A stretch of DNA of 63,508 bases, filler included, from Sanchytrium tribonematis (Eukaryota), in the NCBI GenBank assembly GCA_018985235.1. It is 25 parts of 25 records of this genome, joined end to end, with 100 filler letters (N's around TTAATTAATTAA, not from the genome) between each part and the next. Parts side by side here need not be neighbours in the genome. Positions count along the whole stretch, not along the records: positions 28,694 to 45,201 come from JADGIG010000134.1; 24 more parts are not named here. One strand, written 5' to 3'. The notes below the pieces were generated by a model. The model searched no databases. It worked only from the letters and a program-made list of their open reading frames with translations, and was not told the DNA's origin. This document shows, piece by piece, positions 30,601-41,540 of this stretch; the first letter of the stretch is position 1, and each line of letters starts with the position of its first letter. The position numbers and the translations under genes are program-made.

Positions 30601-31212
30601 TTATTGTCCTGTTAATTCTGCGGCATTACTGGTTTGTAGCAGACCTACAATTAATCCGAATAAGCCAATGACACTCCCAAAAATCTCCACGACTAAGACC
30701 TTAACAAACAATTGAGGATCGTGAGCATCTGCCAATGCAGTGGCGCTACCACTTATTCCAATAGTAATGCCACAAAATAGATTGCAAAGTCCTACCGTTA
30801 AACCGCTCCAAAACAGCGCATATCCCGTGAAGTAGTCATTGTCATTGTAGCTTTTCACAGTAGTCAATTTACCGCTAAATACAATTGCGATAATGATACC
30901 GTAGATTGCGACTGCCTCACAAAAAATAATACTGATTAAATTTTTCGTTTTGATTCGAGGAACCCTTACTCCGCCACCCAATATTGAAGCCCCAACGATA
31001 TAAATACCAAGAGCTGCACCTATTACACTTAGACCTATACTAAACCCAATACCCAGGCTCGCAAAAGCAAATGGCGAAATTGAGTCTTTACCATATAAAA
31101 ATCGCCCAGGAGAGAAATCTTCACCGTGACCAGTAAATAGCATATTTAGTCCAACTATAGTAAGTATTATTATTGTGTAATAAAGATAACTGGAGTAGTA
31201 ATTATATGCCAT
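30601..31212 (-). CDS. VMA16: V-ATPase proteolipid subunit c''
   Basis: [21 protein letters not shown] and [13 protein letters not shown]. Confidence 0.95.
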   Translation of the reverse strand: MAYNYYSSYLYYTIIILTIVGLNMLFTGHGEDFSPGRFLYGKDSISPFAFASLGIGFSIGLSVIGAALGIYIVGASILGGGVRVPRIKTKNLISIIFCEAVAIYGIIIAIVFSGKLTTVKSYNDNDYFTGYALFWSGLTVGLCNLFCGITIGISGSATALADAHDPQLFVKVLVVEIFGSVIGLFGLIVGLLQTSNAAELTGQ

Positions 31213-31425
31213 AAATTTCAAGAAACGAGGAGATTTAAAAAAATATTGTGCTCAATGAAATAAAATGTTTAACAGAAAACTTGTGGAAGCCATGCTTGGC
31301 ATTTAATCTGTGTGCAACTTCATCAAAATGTGCTTTGTCAATTTTTACATTAGGTGTTCTTGATTGGTTGGGCAAGCAATAGATTGTTATTAATTGTTCC
31401 GCTCGCATTTCAATCACTTACTCTC

Positions 31426-32949
31426 ATGGATGCCCGTCAAAGCACCTTTGAAGAATACTTTGCTGAAGATGAAGTCGACTTTTTAGAAACGCCAACTAGG
31501 GAATCTTTTGATTTACCATCGATTGAAGAATTCTGCGAGTCTCGGTTTAATTTTAAGGATGTTGATTTTGATAAACTGTCCAGTGCGCTGGACAAAGAAA
31601 TTGAAGCGGACTTTTTAAGTAACTCTGAACTGAAAAACGAGGATTCTGATCTCACCAAAATTGACATGGTTGATGATCAAGTTTATGAATCTGCTGAGCT
31701 GGAGAAATATACAAACCAAATTGATGAGGAATCTAATTCCAGTGCACTAGATGAGGAAACTTTACAGGAGCTCGATTTTGAAAATGTTTTTTATAAGAAA
31801 GACGATAGTGTCATACCAAAATCAAGCTCAAATTTTGATATGAGAAATAGCTCCAAGCTATCAAGCATACATCCGGGTGAAGCTGCTGTTGCTAATAATT
31901 TACTAAGCGAACTTATACAACTAGAAGAAGTCTCTGAAGCAAATAGTCAGAATACAAAGTTCAATGAACCTGCCAATGACAGAATTAGCAAATCTCGAAA
32001 TAGTTTCTCGGGTTTGCCGAGTATGACCAGGTCTTCTCCTCAATTATTGAATTCTAGCTCCAATTTAGAATTATCAAAAACTAATATTTCAAAAACGGAT
32101 ATTTTGTCGAGTAGCTCCGCGCAACTTGCAGTTCCAAGTTTCTCCGAAACTATTTCCCCTGAATACAATCATGCAGTTTCCACTAAAAGCAAAGTCCCAT
32201 CTAATCTTCCACCAATATCTACCAGGAGTTCCTTACTTGCACCTAAAAAAAATGGAATTAAAAGGTCGTCGTATTATATGGGTCATTTAGAGAACCAAGA
32301 TAACGAATTAGAAAAATTTGATACTCCATCAATGCCCTACAGGAGTGCTACTGTTGGTAGAAAAGATAGCTTTCAAACCAAATTTTATAAAAAAAAAGAA
32401 AATATACAAGTTAAATTTTTCAGTTTTAAAGACGAATTAGAAAACAAACCTGGTTCTACGAGAGCTAGGTCGTTAATCTGCGGTGTGGTATGCTGTTTTT
32501 CAATTTTTGCGTTATTGATATTATTGGGAGTAGTTGCTCTGGTATTTAACATTGTTCTTGGGGCGCCCACTGCTTCTTCTTCAGCCATCAGCGATGCAAA
32601 TTTATCAGGTGGATCTTATAATTGGATTGTGAATGGAACTATTAAAAACGATGGATTTCTTTCTCAATCGGTCTCCCTCAGCACTGCAGTTTTAGTGCTT
32701 GAAGTGATCAATGCTAATGGCCCAAAACCACAACTTTCCCCTGCTCAATATTACCAGGTACTTCTCTCGAAAGGCTCTAGTAATCTGCAATTTAATGTGT
32801 CTACCACTGTAATTGGAACGAATATGGCATCTATTTGTCAGAACAAACAGAATACATTTGCAAATTTGAAGTTAAGTTTTTCCAGCTCTGCTATTCTTGT
32901 CATACCGAAAAATTTCGATTTGACATTCAAACTACCATGTCCAAAATAA
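31426..32949 (+). CDS. Hypothetical protein: acidic/Ser-rich disordered region, one TM, beta-rich C-terminal domain
   Basis: Long ORF with TM ICGVVCCFSIFALLILLGVVALVF. Confidence 0.55.
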   Translation: MDARQSTFEEYFAEDEVDFLETPTRESFDLPSIEEFCESRFNFKDVDFDKLSSALDKEIEADFLSNSELKNEDSDLTKIDMVDDQVYESAELEKYTNQIDEESNSSALDEETLQELDFENVFYKKDDSVIPKSSSNFDMRNSSKLSSIHPGEAAVANNLLSELIQLEEVSEANSQNTKFNEPANDRISKSRNSFSGLPSMTRSSPQLLNSSSNLELSKTNISKTDILSSSSAQLAVPSFSETISPEYNHAVSTKSKVPSNLPPISTRSSLLAPKKNGIKRSSYYMGHLENQDNELEKFDTPSMPYRSATVGRKDSFQTKFYKKKENIQVKFFSFKDELENKPGSTRARSLICGVVCCFSIFALLILLGVVALVFNIVLGAPTASSSAISDANLSGGSYNWIVNGTIKNDGFLSQSVSLSTAVLVLEVINANGPKPQLSPAQYYQVLLSKGSSNLQFNVSTTVIGTNMASICQNKQNTFANLKLSFSSSAILVIPKNFDLTFKLPCPK

Positions 32950-32964
32950 ATAACCTAAACTTTA

Positions 32965-34405
32965 TTATGCGTGTAGTCCTACAGAGACTTGGGGATATCT
33001 TTGAACCAAAAGATCATAGAATTCAGGATTTGATTGTCTCAATGCTTCTGGATCTTCTGCAAGACAAACAAAAGTTGTAGCAATACCAGCGTTGATGACA
33101 GTTCCGACATTTGAGAATATAAAGACTCCTAAAAAGCAAGAAACTATTGCCCATAGCCAGGGAAACACATTGTCTGGAACACCACCATAAGCAATTGCAT
33201 AAATTATTAGTGGTATTACGAAGCAAACGAGTGCAACGAAGAAGGTACCTAAAAATATTACCCTATCAATCAAAATCTCATTAATAATGACATCCAGACC
33301 TCTAGATTTTAGCAGATTCCATGTATCTTTAGCCGCAGTGCAGTAATCTTTCCCGTAAATAGCCACCTGGGTAAATGCGTAGTAATTAAAACTAAATTAA
33401 ATAGAATTACAATTCCAATAATCCTTCAAAACATCTAACAATACATTCTAAACAGCACAGAATGACGAAGGCAACTGGAGTATCACTACGTTGTCTTGCA
33501 TAGTTTAACAATTGGCGAATCATTTGCACAATAGTAATTAGCAACGCCCCAAAACAAACAGAACCAAATGAAGTGGTCATTGCACGCTTCAAGGAAGAGA
33601 ATGTGGGAGAACTTGGCATATTGTCAGCTAAAAAATAATAGGTAGCGTATACACCGCAAACAGCAACATGCACAAGATATCGAATAACATTCATAGCCCA
33701 GTAAGAACTAAACATTCCATAGATGACACAAAAAACAAAAGAAGGATTTTTTCCATTATAAATGAGTTGTCCATTGGAATCTTTTGATAAAGCAAATTTG
33801 ATGTAATAAGACATAAATGCTCCAGCAGAAAACCCACTCCAAATTAAACTTAATATGTCACCCGCAAATACTGTATAGATAGTAGCTGGATATTTTCTAG
33901 TGACTTTAACTACAGTACTTAACAACGCGGCCAAAAAAGGGATTTGAGATCTAATTCCAAACCACATAAATACAATAATCACCAAAACGATAACATTGAT
34001 TATGGCCATTACTATATTGAAAGTAAATAAAATAATTGTTGAAATAGCTAGTATGACAAAATAAAACCAGAACGAAAATTTAACCAAAGCTTCAGGAAAT
34101 CTTTGCATGCAAGATAAGTACACGATTGTCATACCAATTGCGAATGCAAATCCAACAAATAAACTAGCAATTCCAGCAGCGGAAAACGGGTTGTCTTCAG
34201 AACTACCAGATTTGGTATTTCCTGAGTCAGGGTGTATTATCCACTCCCATTTTGCAGTTGAATACGCCCAAATAGATAATGCCAAAAAGGCAATGGTATT
34301 CATCCAAAAAAGAATTGCGGCCCAAAGATCTTGCGCTTTTGGTTTTTGTTGCACATTATCAACTAGTTGGCTATTATCATGCTTTTCCTTCACAACTTGC
34401 ACCAT
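32965..34405 (-). CDS. PNS1: Choline transporter-like protein (CTL/SLC44), 2 exons
   Basis: DLWAAILF, SSLKRAMTTSFGSVCFG, spliced LLEFFNYYAFTQVAIYGK and TTFVCLAEDP. Confidence 0.88.
33392..33410 (-). other. 19-nt spliceosomal intron
   Basis: GTAATTCTATTTAATTTAG, phase 2. Removal gives LLEF-FNYYAF. Confidence 0.92.
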
Positions 34406-34441
34406 ATTCAATTTAGTTTCAAAAGATCTCCTTTCAAACAA

Positions 34442-35179
34442 ATGAATGTTCTACAGCGCAAAACGTATGACAAATTGAGAATTTACAGAAAATCTCACTT
34501 AGCCCCCGTAGATACCATTGGCTGTGAAATGCTCGGAGAAGGCACCGAAAAAGTGCGTCGCTTTCAAACATTAATAGCCTTGATGCTTTCGCCGCAAACA
34601 AGAGATGAGATGACAGCGCAAGCAATGCAAAGGATCAAAAATCACTGCGAAATGCATTACGAAAGGACACTGTGTCTAGAAACGCTACTTAAAATTAGGC
34701 AGGAGGATTTTCAAGAACTCATAAATTGCGTCGGATTTTATAGAACCAAAGCTAAAAATATTAAATTGACCACGAATTTAATTAACGAAAGCAAGGATAA
34801 AGATATACCTGATACTATCGAAGGTCTCACTGAATTTCCAGGAGTTGGACCTAAAATTGGATACCTTTGTTTGCAAACTGCATACAACAAGGTTGATGGA
34901 ATTGGTGTAGATGTTCATGTTCATAGAATTAGTAATAGACTCGGGTGGGTTGACTCCAAAAATCCAGAAGATACGCGATTGCAGCTGCAGAAATTTTTAC
35001 CTAAAGAATATTGGGACAAAATCAATATAATGCTTGTTGGTTTTGGACAAACAGTTTGCAAGTCTAAAAGACCACTTTGTAAGGAATGCCCTATATCAGT
35101 GGACTGTCCCAGTTGCAATATAGAGGATCTAAGTAAATTTGTAAAGACTAAAAAGAAGAAAACCACCAAATCAAAATAA
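34442..35179 (+). CDS. Endonuclease III-like DNA glycosylase (NTH1)
   Basis: APVDTIGC, LSPQTRDE, HhH PGVGPK, VDVHVHRI and a CxxxxxxCxxCxxxxxC Fe-S motif. Confidence 0.93.
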   Translation: MNVLQRKTYDKLRIYRKSHLAPVDTIGCEMLGEGTEKVRRFQTLIALMLSPQTRDEMTAQAMQRIKNHCEMHYERTLCLETLLKIRQEDFQELINCVGFYRTKAKNIKLTTNLINESKDKDIPDTIEGLTEFPGVGPKIGYLCLQTAYNKVDGIGVDVHVHRISNRLGWVDSKNPEDTRLQLQKFLPKEYWDKINIMLVGFGQTVCKSKRPLCKECPISVDCPSCNIEDLSKFVKTKKKKTTKSK

Positions 35180-35197
35180 ATTTATGGTTGTAGAAGC

Positions 35198-35422
35198 TTA
35201 ATTTTGCTGATTTTCTTCAAAGACTAGCCCTGGGACTTTTCCGTATTTTTTATTTGCTGCATTTTTGAATTTTTGTCCTTTAGACTCATATTTCAAATCT
35301 TCTTGAGCTACATGTCCTTTTCTTATTTTTCTCTCTTTTCTAACAGATCCATCCGCTCTTATGGACTCTGGGATAACCCCATCTTTGTAATTATTGCCAG
35401 AATGTGAGTCGTGATTGTTCAT
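35198..35422 (-). CDS. PYM/WIBG Mago-binding protein
   Basis: IPESIRADGSVRKERKIRKGHVAQED...VPG. Confidence 0.8.
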   Translation of the reverse strand: MNNHDSHSGNNYKDGVIPESIRADGSVRKERKIRKGHVAQEDLKYESKGQKFKNAANKKYGKVPGLVFEENQQN

Positions 35423-35445
35423 AAGTTTCACATCAAAAGAAAATT

Positions 35446-36625
35446 TTATTGTGCATTTTTAAATACGTAAAATCCTTCTTCAATGGTTAATCCTTCGGCC
35501 TTGACTTTAACACCATCAACTTCTTCTTCTTGTCTAGCATTTATATTCCAAACCCTTGTCATTACCTTACACAGCTCCAATAATTCTTCATCCTCCGCAT
35601 CTTTCACGTACTTGAAGAATGCTGGTTGCCAGTCTTCTTCAGTTTCTTTTCTCTCCTTACGAAGTCTGCGTTGTTCCTCTTCTACTTCTGATTTGAATTT
35701 GTTTGCAGCAGAAAAATTTCCATCTTTTAAAGCTTGAGTGACCTTTCCCCAAACTTGATTTGTTTCTAGTGGACCCTGTTCTTCCAAAGGCTTGGGAGTC
35801 AATGTTTCTCGGTTTTCTTTTATGGCATCAAAAAAAGTACGCTCAGAAGTTCCGTTCGGACTAGCAGATGTATACTTAATTTTTGATTCCTCAGTCCATT
35901 TCCCGGAAATCGTGGCAAAACTATCTTTTTGACTATTGAATAATTCAGCTTTGAACGTGTGATATTGTCCGGAAAACCACGCTTTTGGTATAAATTCAAA
36001 ATGAGCCCAATGTCCGCTCTTGCTAACAATTTTTACTTGACCCATTAACTCAATAAAAACATTTGCACTAAACAAACCTCTGAGTGCAATCTGAGGCAAT
36101 GACACAAGATACAAATCTTGTGGCGTTTTGATGACTATACGCCCATATGGTATAACCTAAATAAATAGAAATTACTTGGATCCATGTTCCTTTGAATGAA
36201 GACTTTTGTTTTACTTGTCCAGTCATTTCCACATCATTCCCCAATATATGGAAAGAAGTAATTGGGGGATGGTGTGAAGTTTGTTCCGCACTCAATTGAA
36301 TTCCATCAATTGAGGCAAAAAATTGTTCACCCAAAATTGGATTATAAGGCTTCTTCTCATTTCCACGACTTGCGTAACTCCCAAATAACTGAGATATAAA
36401 CCATCTCGCAACGTTAACAAGTCTCTCTTCGGGATCATTACAATTCATGCTCTTGTAATACTTTGGGTGGTCCAAATAATAAGATGAATACTCTGTCATG
36501 CTTAGCCCATTCAACATAAATGCGGGGGAGGTGATTGACGACAGGTCTCCTGTAAATGATGTTAACGATCCTAAAAATTTAACAAATTCGCTCTTTTGAT
36601 CGCTCTTGGATTCAGTTGGAGACAT
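35446..36625 (-). CDS. KES1: Oxysterol-binding protein, Osh4/Kes1 type (2 exons)
   Basis: GDLSSITSPAF, EKKPYNPILGEQF, EQTSHHPP and KSEVEEEQRRLRK. Confidence 0.9.
36157..36175 (-). other. 19-nt spliceosomal intron
   Basis: GTAATTTCTATTTATTTAG, phase 0. Joins WIQ to VIPYGRIVI and the downstream OSBP frame. Confidence 0.9.
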
Positions 36626-36763
36626 ATTTCTGATTGAAACAAGGAAATTACTCTCAAAATTTCGGACAAATGAGAATTTGTTTATTAAGTAAATAGAACC
36701 CGAGAGGAATAAAATACTTTAAAAACTATTCGAAAGTCAGACACAGAATTTATTTTTCGGCCA

Positions 36764-37297
36764 ATGCCTAACCGGCTCGTTGTTTGGTCCTACGGAGTCA
36801 TGGAAAAAATTTTCCAACAAAAGGATAAGTCAAAGCAGCTAATCAAGGCAAATGTAGACACATTTAGAAAATTAACAAAAACAGTAATTTTAGAAATGAA
36901 TTCAAAATACATTCAAACAGATATTGGAGCATTGGATTTTGCAGTTATATTAGAAAAAGCATATAAGAGTGAATTTTGTCTAGTCGATACTATTCAACAA
37001 AGAGCGATCGAAAAGCTTTATCAAGCCTACAATTCTTTAGATAAAAATGAGTCGCCTTCGCTTTTAAGGCAGCTTTCGCTTCCAAGTCTTGATGAAATAG
37101 ATGAGTCTTTCTTATTCGATAATGAGGCTATGAGGCGAAGAACTGTGTCCTCACCACCAGAAAGAAAATTTATCGAAAGCAATCAACAGTGGTCGCAAGT
37201 CGTCTTGGACTCTATCATTTCACAAGGCACGGTTGGCGTTACTCCATATTGCTTAACGATCGAAATTCCAAGCCCAAAAATTTACGAATTAAAATAA
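36764..37297 (+). CDS. Hypothetical protein
   Basis: 177-aa ATG ORF with the stop inside AATAAA. Confidence 0.5.
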   Translation: MPNRLVVWSYGVMEKIFQQKDKSKQLIKANVDTFRKLTKTVILEMNSKYIQTDIGALDFAVILEKAYKSEFCLVDTIQQRAIEKLYQAYNSLDKNESPSLLRQLSLPSLDEIDESFLFDNEAMRRRTVSSPPERKFIESNQQWSQVVLDSIISQGTVGVTPYCLTIEIPSPKIYELK

Positions 37298-37358
37298 ATG
37301 AAACTAGATATCCTAATTCTTATCAGTCGATATCGAATCTCTCTGAAACATAACATAA

Positions 37359-38204
37359 ATGGCCGAAGCTGGCAACATAAAATACTTTTTGGGTGGGATG
37401 TCGTGTATGTGCGCTGGCTTTGTTACAAACCCTATTGATGTAATTAAAATTAGACTGCAATTGAATACTGGAAATATTTCCTCAATGTCTTTAAAAGAAA
37501 AAGTGGTATTTATTACTGGTGGATCTCCCTATTTTGCTCTGCAAGGTCTTGGTCCAAGTCTACTTAGAGAAAGTACATATTCCATGATGCGAATGGGTCT
37601 ATATGAACCCATCAAAGATTTATTGGACAATATGGCGGGGTCTCAAGGGAAACCCAGCTTGCTACTTAAAATTGCAAGTGGAGCGATGTCTGGAGCAATA
37701 GCGAGTTCTTTGGCAAATCCCACAGATTTAATTAAAATTAGATTACAAGCAAAAGATACCAAATATAGTGGAATGCTGGATGCATTTACGAAAATTATTC
37801 AAAAAGAAGGCGTGAAAGGCCTATATCGCGGCGTTTTCCCTACCACTGTTAGAGCAATGATACTCACTGCTTCTCAATTGCCATCATATGACCAAGCGAA
37901 GTATATTCTTAAATCTAGCGGGTATTCAGAAGGTTTGAAAACTCATCTTATTTGTAGTTTTTTTGCATCTTTCGTAGTTGCAACTACAACCTCTCCTGTC
38001 GATGTTATCAAATCAAGGTGGATGAATAGCAGCGGACTCTACAAAAGCGTATTTGAATGTGCTGGTAGCATTTTTAGGAAGGAAGGACTCACTGGATTTT
38101 ATAAAGGCTATCTTTTTAATTGGCTCCGAATTGGACCTCATACTATGATAACTTTTCTTGTCTACGAGAAATTAAGGAAACATTTTGGTGTCAAACCTCT
38201 GTAA
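37359..38204 (+). CDS. Mitochondrial carrier (UCP/dicarboxylate/oxoglutarate group)
   Basis: PIDVIKIRLQ, PTDLIKIRLQ, PVDVIKSR, SQLPSYDQAK and WLRIGPHT. Confidence 0.92.
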   Translation: MAEAGNIKYFLGGMSCMCAGFVTNPIDVIKIRLQLNTGNISSMSLKEKVVFITGGSPYFALQGLGPSLLRESTYSMMRMGLYEPIKDLLDNMAGSQGKPSLLLKIASGAMSGAIASSLANPTDLIKIRLQAKDTKYSGMLDAFTKIIQKEGVKGLYRGVFPTTVRAMILTASQLPSYDQAKYILKSSGYSEGLKTHLICSFFASFVVATTTSPVDVIKSRWMNSSGLYKSVFECAGSIFRKEGLTGFYKGYLFNWLRIGPHTMITFLVYEKLRKHFGVKPL

Positions 38205-38262
38205 TATCCGATCAAGAAATGCAAAAACTAGCATTTGAATAAATTTATTACGGCTCTAAAAC

Positions 38263-39474
38263 TTAATTGGAAATGGCGTCTGTTGAAATGGCATCTGAAG
38301 ATTGTAATTTGGAATCAGTACTTGAGTTTCCTTTCTTTCTGGATATATTTACGGTTGGGACACTGTCAGAAACAAATTCATCTGGTCTGGAATTTTCACC
38401 AATACCCTCTTCAATGGAAGGCGATAAATCATCCGCTAGACCCAACTTGTCCGCCTCTTCACTTATACCATCAATATACGATGCAATGTCGGATTCTGAA
38501 GCAGCTTCAGAACTTTTTGTCGCAGTAGGTGATGACTTCCCCAAAGTTAAAGCCTCTGACTCGATCTTGTTAAGTAATGGGTCTAAAATAGATTTAGTAG
38601 AATTTAACTGATCAGTAGTCGTGCTGTTCTCAAATATGTTCAAATCCACCTCACCTTGATCGGCAAAAAATGGAGTTAGGCTTTCAATTTTTGGCAAATT
38701 TGAATTATCATTATTAGAGTCCTGTCTTTCTGAAGCATCATCTATAATTTTAGATTTTTCTTTATGGATTTTCTTCAGATGTTCTTCATGTTTGGAATTT
38801 TCCTTCTGCTTCTGTTTTTCTTTCTCCAAAAGCATCTTTTTCAACTGCTCTTTTTTTAATCTCGTACTACTATCGCGATCATCCGGTAGTCTCTTAAAGT
38901 CATCTCTCTCTTTTTGCTCCCGAGTTTTTGTTCCTGTAAGCCAACTAAATGCTTTACGCAAACCAGAAGAGATTGGGTGAGCAACCCTATTAAAAATACG
39001 TTTCACAGGATTAAATTTGACAGGACTTGAGCATGGTTGCCCTCCAACTCCAAAATTCTGCGTTGCAAAAGTGAAAACCCCATTTCTTTTAAATGAGAAT
39101 CCCATTTTATTGACGCTCGGGTCAATAATATTCTTCCAATGCTCAGGTGACGTTTTCCAAAGTAAATACAAGTGCTGGGCAAACGAAGCATCGTTTCCTC
39201 CATTAAAAGCCTTGGGTGTTTTTAAAATATTTTCAGATCGAGAAAATCCGGCGAAGCCTGATCTTTTCATTCGGTCCCATGGAGATCCAAATGCGGCACT
39301 CTCGTGAACCATCTGCTGATAAGCAGCCATTTCATTCGAGTGAGTGTTTGCTGCAACATCGAGATTGGGTTGATCACAAACAGGCTGCAAACCTCGAGCT
39401 AGGCGATCCTTATTTACAAAGTTCAACAAATAGTTTTCAACATTGGCATAAATCAATACAGAGACGAACCACAT
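38263..39474 (-). CDS. Secreted CAP/SCP-domain protein with a charged and S/D-rich extension
   Basis: Signal MWFVSVLIYA, VNKDR...L.P, AANTHS.EMA, ENI, WKTSPEHWKNI and TQNFG. Confidence 0.8.
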   Translation of the reverse strand: MWFVSVLIYANVENYLLNFVNKDRLARGLQPVCDQPNLDVAANTHSNEMAAYQQMVHESAAFGSPWDRMKRSGFAGFSRSENILKTPKAFNGGNDASFAQHLYLLWKTSPEHWKNIIDPSVNKMGFSFKRNGVFTFATQNFGVGGQPCSSPVKFNPVKRIFNRVAHPISSGLRKAFSWLTGTKTREQKERDDFKRLPDDRDSSTRLKKEQLKKMLLEKEKQKQKENSKHEEHLKKIHKEKSKIIDDASERQDSNNDNSNLPKIESLTPFFADQGEVDLNIFENSTTTDQLNSTKSILDPLLNKIESEALTLGKSSPTATKSSEAASESDIASYIDGISEEADKLGLADDLSPSIEEGIGENSRPDEFVSDSVPTVNISRKKGNSSTDSKLQSSDAISTDAISN

Positions 39475-39705
39475 TTGTGCCACAGTTTCCCCGTTCAATA
39501 TAAATGTATTTTTGATTGTATCCAAGTTTCGGTGACACAACTTTTGGGCGAATCAATGACCAGATGGCGACATTTGTACCAAAGGAGTTTATTCAAGGAG
39601 TTTGAATGACTCTAGACTGATCCTTGTACCTCAAAGAGATTGACTTTAATGCATGTCTGCTCAATTAACTCGCTAAGCTAATTTTACCTAGAAACAAGCC
39701 ACCTT

Positions 39706-40920
39706 ATGTCTGAAGCGGGTTTCTACGTGTTTCTTGTCATAGTAGAGCTATTTATGATTGTAATGCCAATTCTGTTAGTAATTCGACGTAAATCAGAGTA
39801 TATTGACAAACGGGACTGGAAGCCCTTAGTCATTTTGGCAGTGGTTAATATTGTGACAGCTACATTACAAATTTTTTCTTTGTCACCATTATGGGGTATC
39901 ACTTTCGAGAGAAGCTGCATTATTTCGCCTTTAGCTTTGCCAATGACAATATTTACTTTCGTTGGAATTTACTTTATGAGGTGCTTACGGCTATTTCGAG
40001 ATTATTACTACAATCAAACTAAGTCTAGAAGCGGTAAGGTTCTCGATGGATTTGAAAAATTTTTGCTCAAAGGATTTATAACTAGAAGGAAAAGCTTGAA
40101 AGCGGCTAGAAGAAAAGATTCATCAAACACCAGTAGTAGCTTTTTACTGAATGTGACGAAGACCAGCGGTAGTTGGAAACGAGCCATTGGAATACCACTT
40201 GCAATTGTATTGTTCGGTTTTGTGTTTGGCTCAATATATGGCGGCTATAAGTGTGTGAACGCACTACCAATTGTATTTACCATGGTATCTCTCTATGCTA
40301 TTATGACACTTACCTTTTTTATACTTTTGCGAAAAGTCAAAGATCCATATTTTGTCAAATTTGAGATGCTTGCAAGTTCAGTTCTATTTATAGTACTAAT
40401 TCTTGCCTCCGGAGGCCAGTATGCAGTATTAGGAAAAAACAAAAATCCATCTGAGGTGGATGTTGCATTGCCTGGTATTTACCCATTGATTATTGTTATA
40501 ATGAGCAATGTCCTGAGCTATCTGATGCCTGTAGTGCTATCTTTCAAATCCAAAAATATAATTGCAAAAGAGGGTGGTACGAAATCCTCTGATATCAAGT
40601 CAATCTTGCATAATAAGCAAGAATGTGCGGAATTTTTAAAATTGTGTGCAGACTACTTTGTATTAGAAAACGCTCTATTTTTACAAGCATACGACAATGT
40701 TAAACTCTCCCCTACTGAAGATGGATTGAAAATGCTTTATAAAGAATTTATCCAGTCTGGAGCAACAAATGAGCTGAATATAAATGGAGCTTTGCGATCA
40801 AAAGTCAGACTAAATCTAGAAAATCCTCTGGAAGTTCAACTCCAACTGATGGATGTGGTTGAAAAACAAATTTCAAAGCTTTTGGAAGAAAATATTTTAA
40901 GGCATTATCTAGATGACTAA
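39706..40920 (+). CDS. Seven-TM protein with C-terminal RGS domain
   Basis: About 7 hydrophobic helices, KDPYFVKFE, and RGS motifs ENALFL and FIQSGATNELNI. Confidence 0.8.
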   Translation: MSEAGFYVFLVIVELFMIVMPILLVIRRKSEYIDKRDWKPLVILAVVNIVTATLQIFSLSPLWGITFERSCIISPLALPMTIFTFVGIYFMRCLRLFRDYYYNQTKSRSGKVLDGFEKFLLKGFITRRKSLKAARRKDSSNTSSSFLLNVTKTSGSWKRAIGIPLAIVLFGFVFGSIYGGYKCVNALPIVFTMVSLYAIMTLTFFILLRKVKDPYFVKFEMLASSVLFIVLILASGGQYAVLGKNKNPSEVDVALPGIYPLIIVIMSNVLSYLMPVVLSFKSKNIIAKEGGTKSSDIKSILHNKQECAEFLKLCADYFVLENALFLQAYDNVKLSPTEDGLKMLYKEFIQSGATNELNINGALRSKVRLNLENPLEVQLQLMDVVEKQISKLLEENILRHYLDD

Positions 40921-40965
40921 AAAGTTTTCAAATAAATTACAATTTTAAATTTCGAGGAGACTTTA

Positions 40966-41451
40966 ATGACAAAGCTTTACATTCCTTCTCTTAATGATAA
41001 TGTTATTGGGATAGTGGAAACAAAGCTATCTAGCGAATATTACCGACTTAACATCAATTCAACTCAAACGGCAATTATAAGCAATCTAGACTTCAAAAAA
41101 GCGGTGAAGCGCAATAAGCAGCAATTAGAAGAAGGTGACGCGGTCTTTGCAAAATTGATGGAAATAGTCCCTGACCCACTTTTGTCTTGCAAAGAAACGG
41201 ATGGACTCTTGCTTTCGGGAATGATAGTTAAAGTTAATTGTGCATTTTGTCGTGAATTTCCAAAGTACAATGCTATACTACAGAAGATATTCCAATTCAA
41301 ATGTTTGGTAGGTTTAAATGGATTCATACACATAGAGTCAGAAGATTCGGCAATTCTTTTAGTTTTGTACAATATTTTGCAAAAAGGCCAATATTTTGAC
41401 GAGAATGAATTTAAAAAACTTGTTTATGAGGCCACTAATAAAAATTCTTAG
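40966..41451 (+). CDS. RRP40: Exosome subunit RRP40
   Basis: YIP..ND.VIGIV, F..A.KRNK..L..GD.VFA, P.LSC and VGLNGFI. Confidence 0.8.
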   Translation: MTKLYIPSLNDNVIGIVETKLSSEYYRLNINSTQTAIISNLDFKKAVKRNKQQLEEGDAVFAKLMEIVPDPLLSCKETDGLLLSGMIVKVNCAFCREFPKYNAILQKIFQFKCLVGLNGFIHIESEDSAILLVLYNILQKGQYFDENEFKKLVYEATNKNS

Positions 41452-41540
41452 ATATATATTCTACTGGAAAATATAAGAGATACGTGAACGGTCAATCGAA
41501 CCTATTGAAACAAATTTTCATTGAGATTTATCGTAATAAA

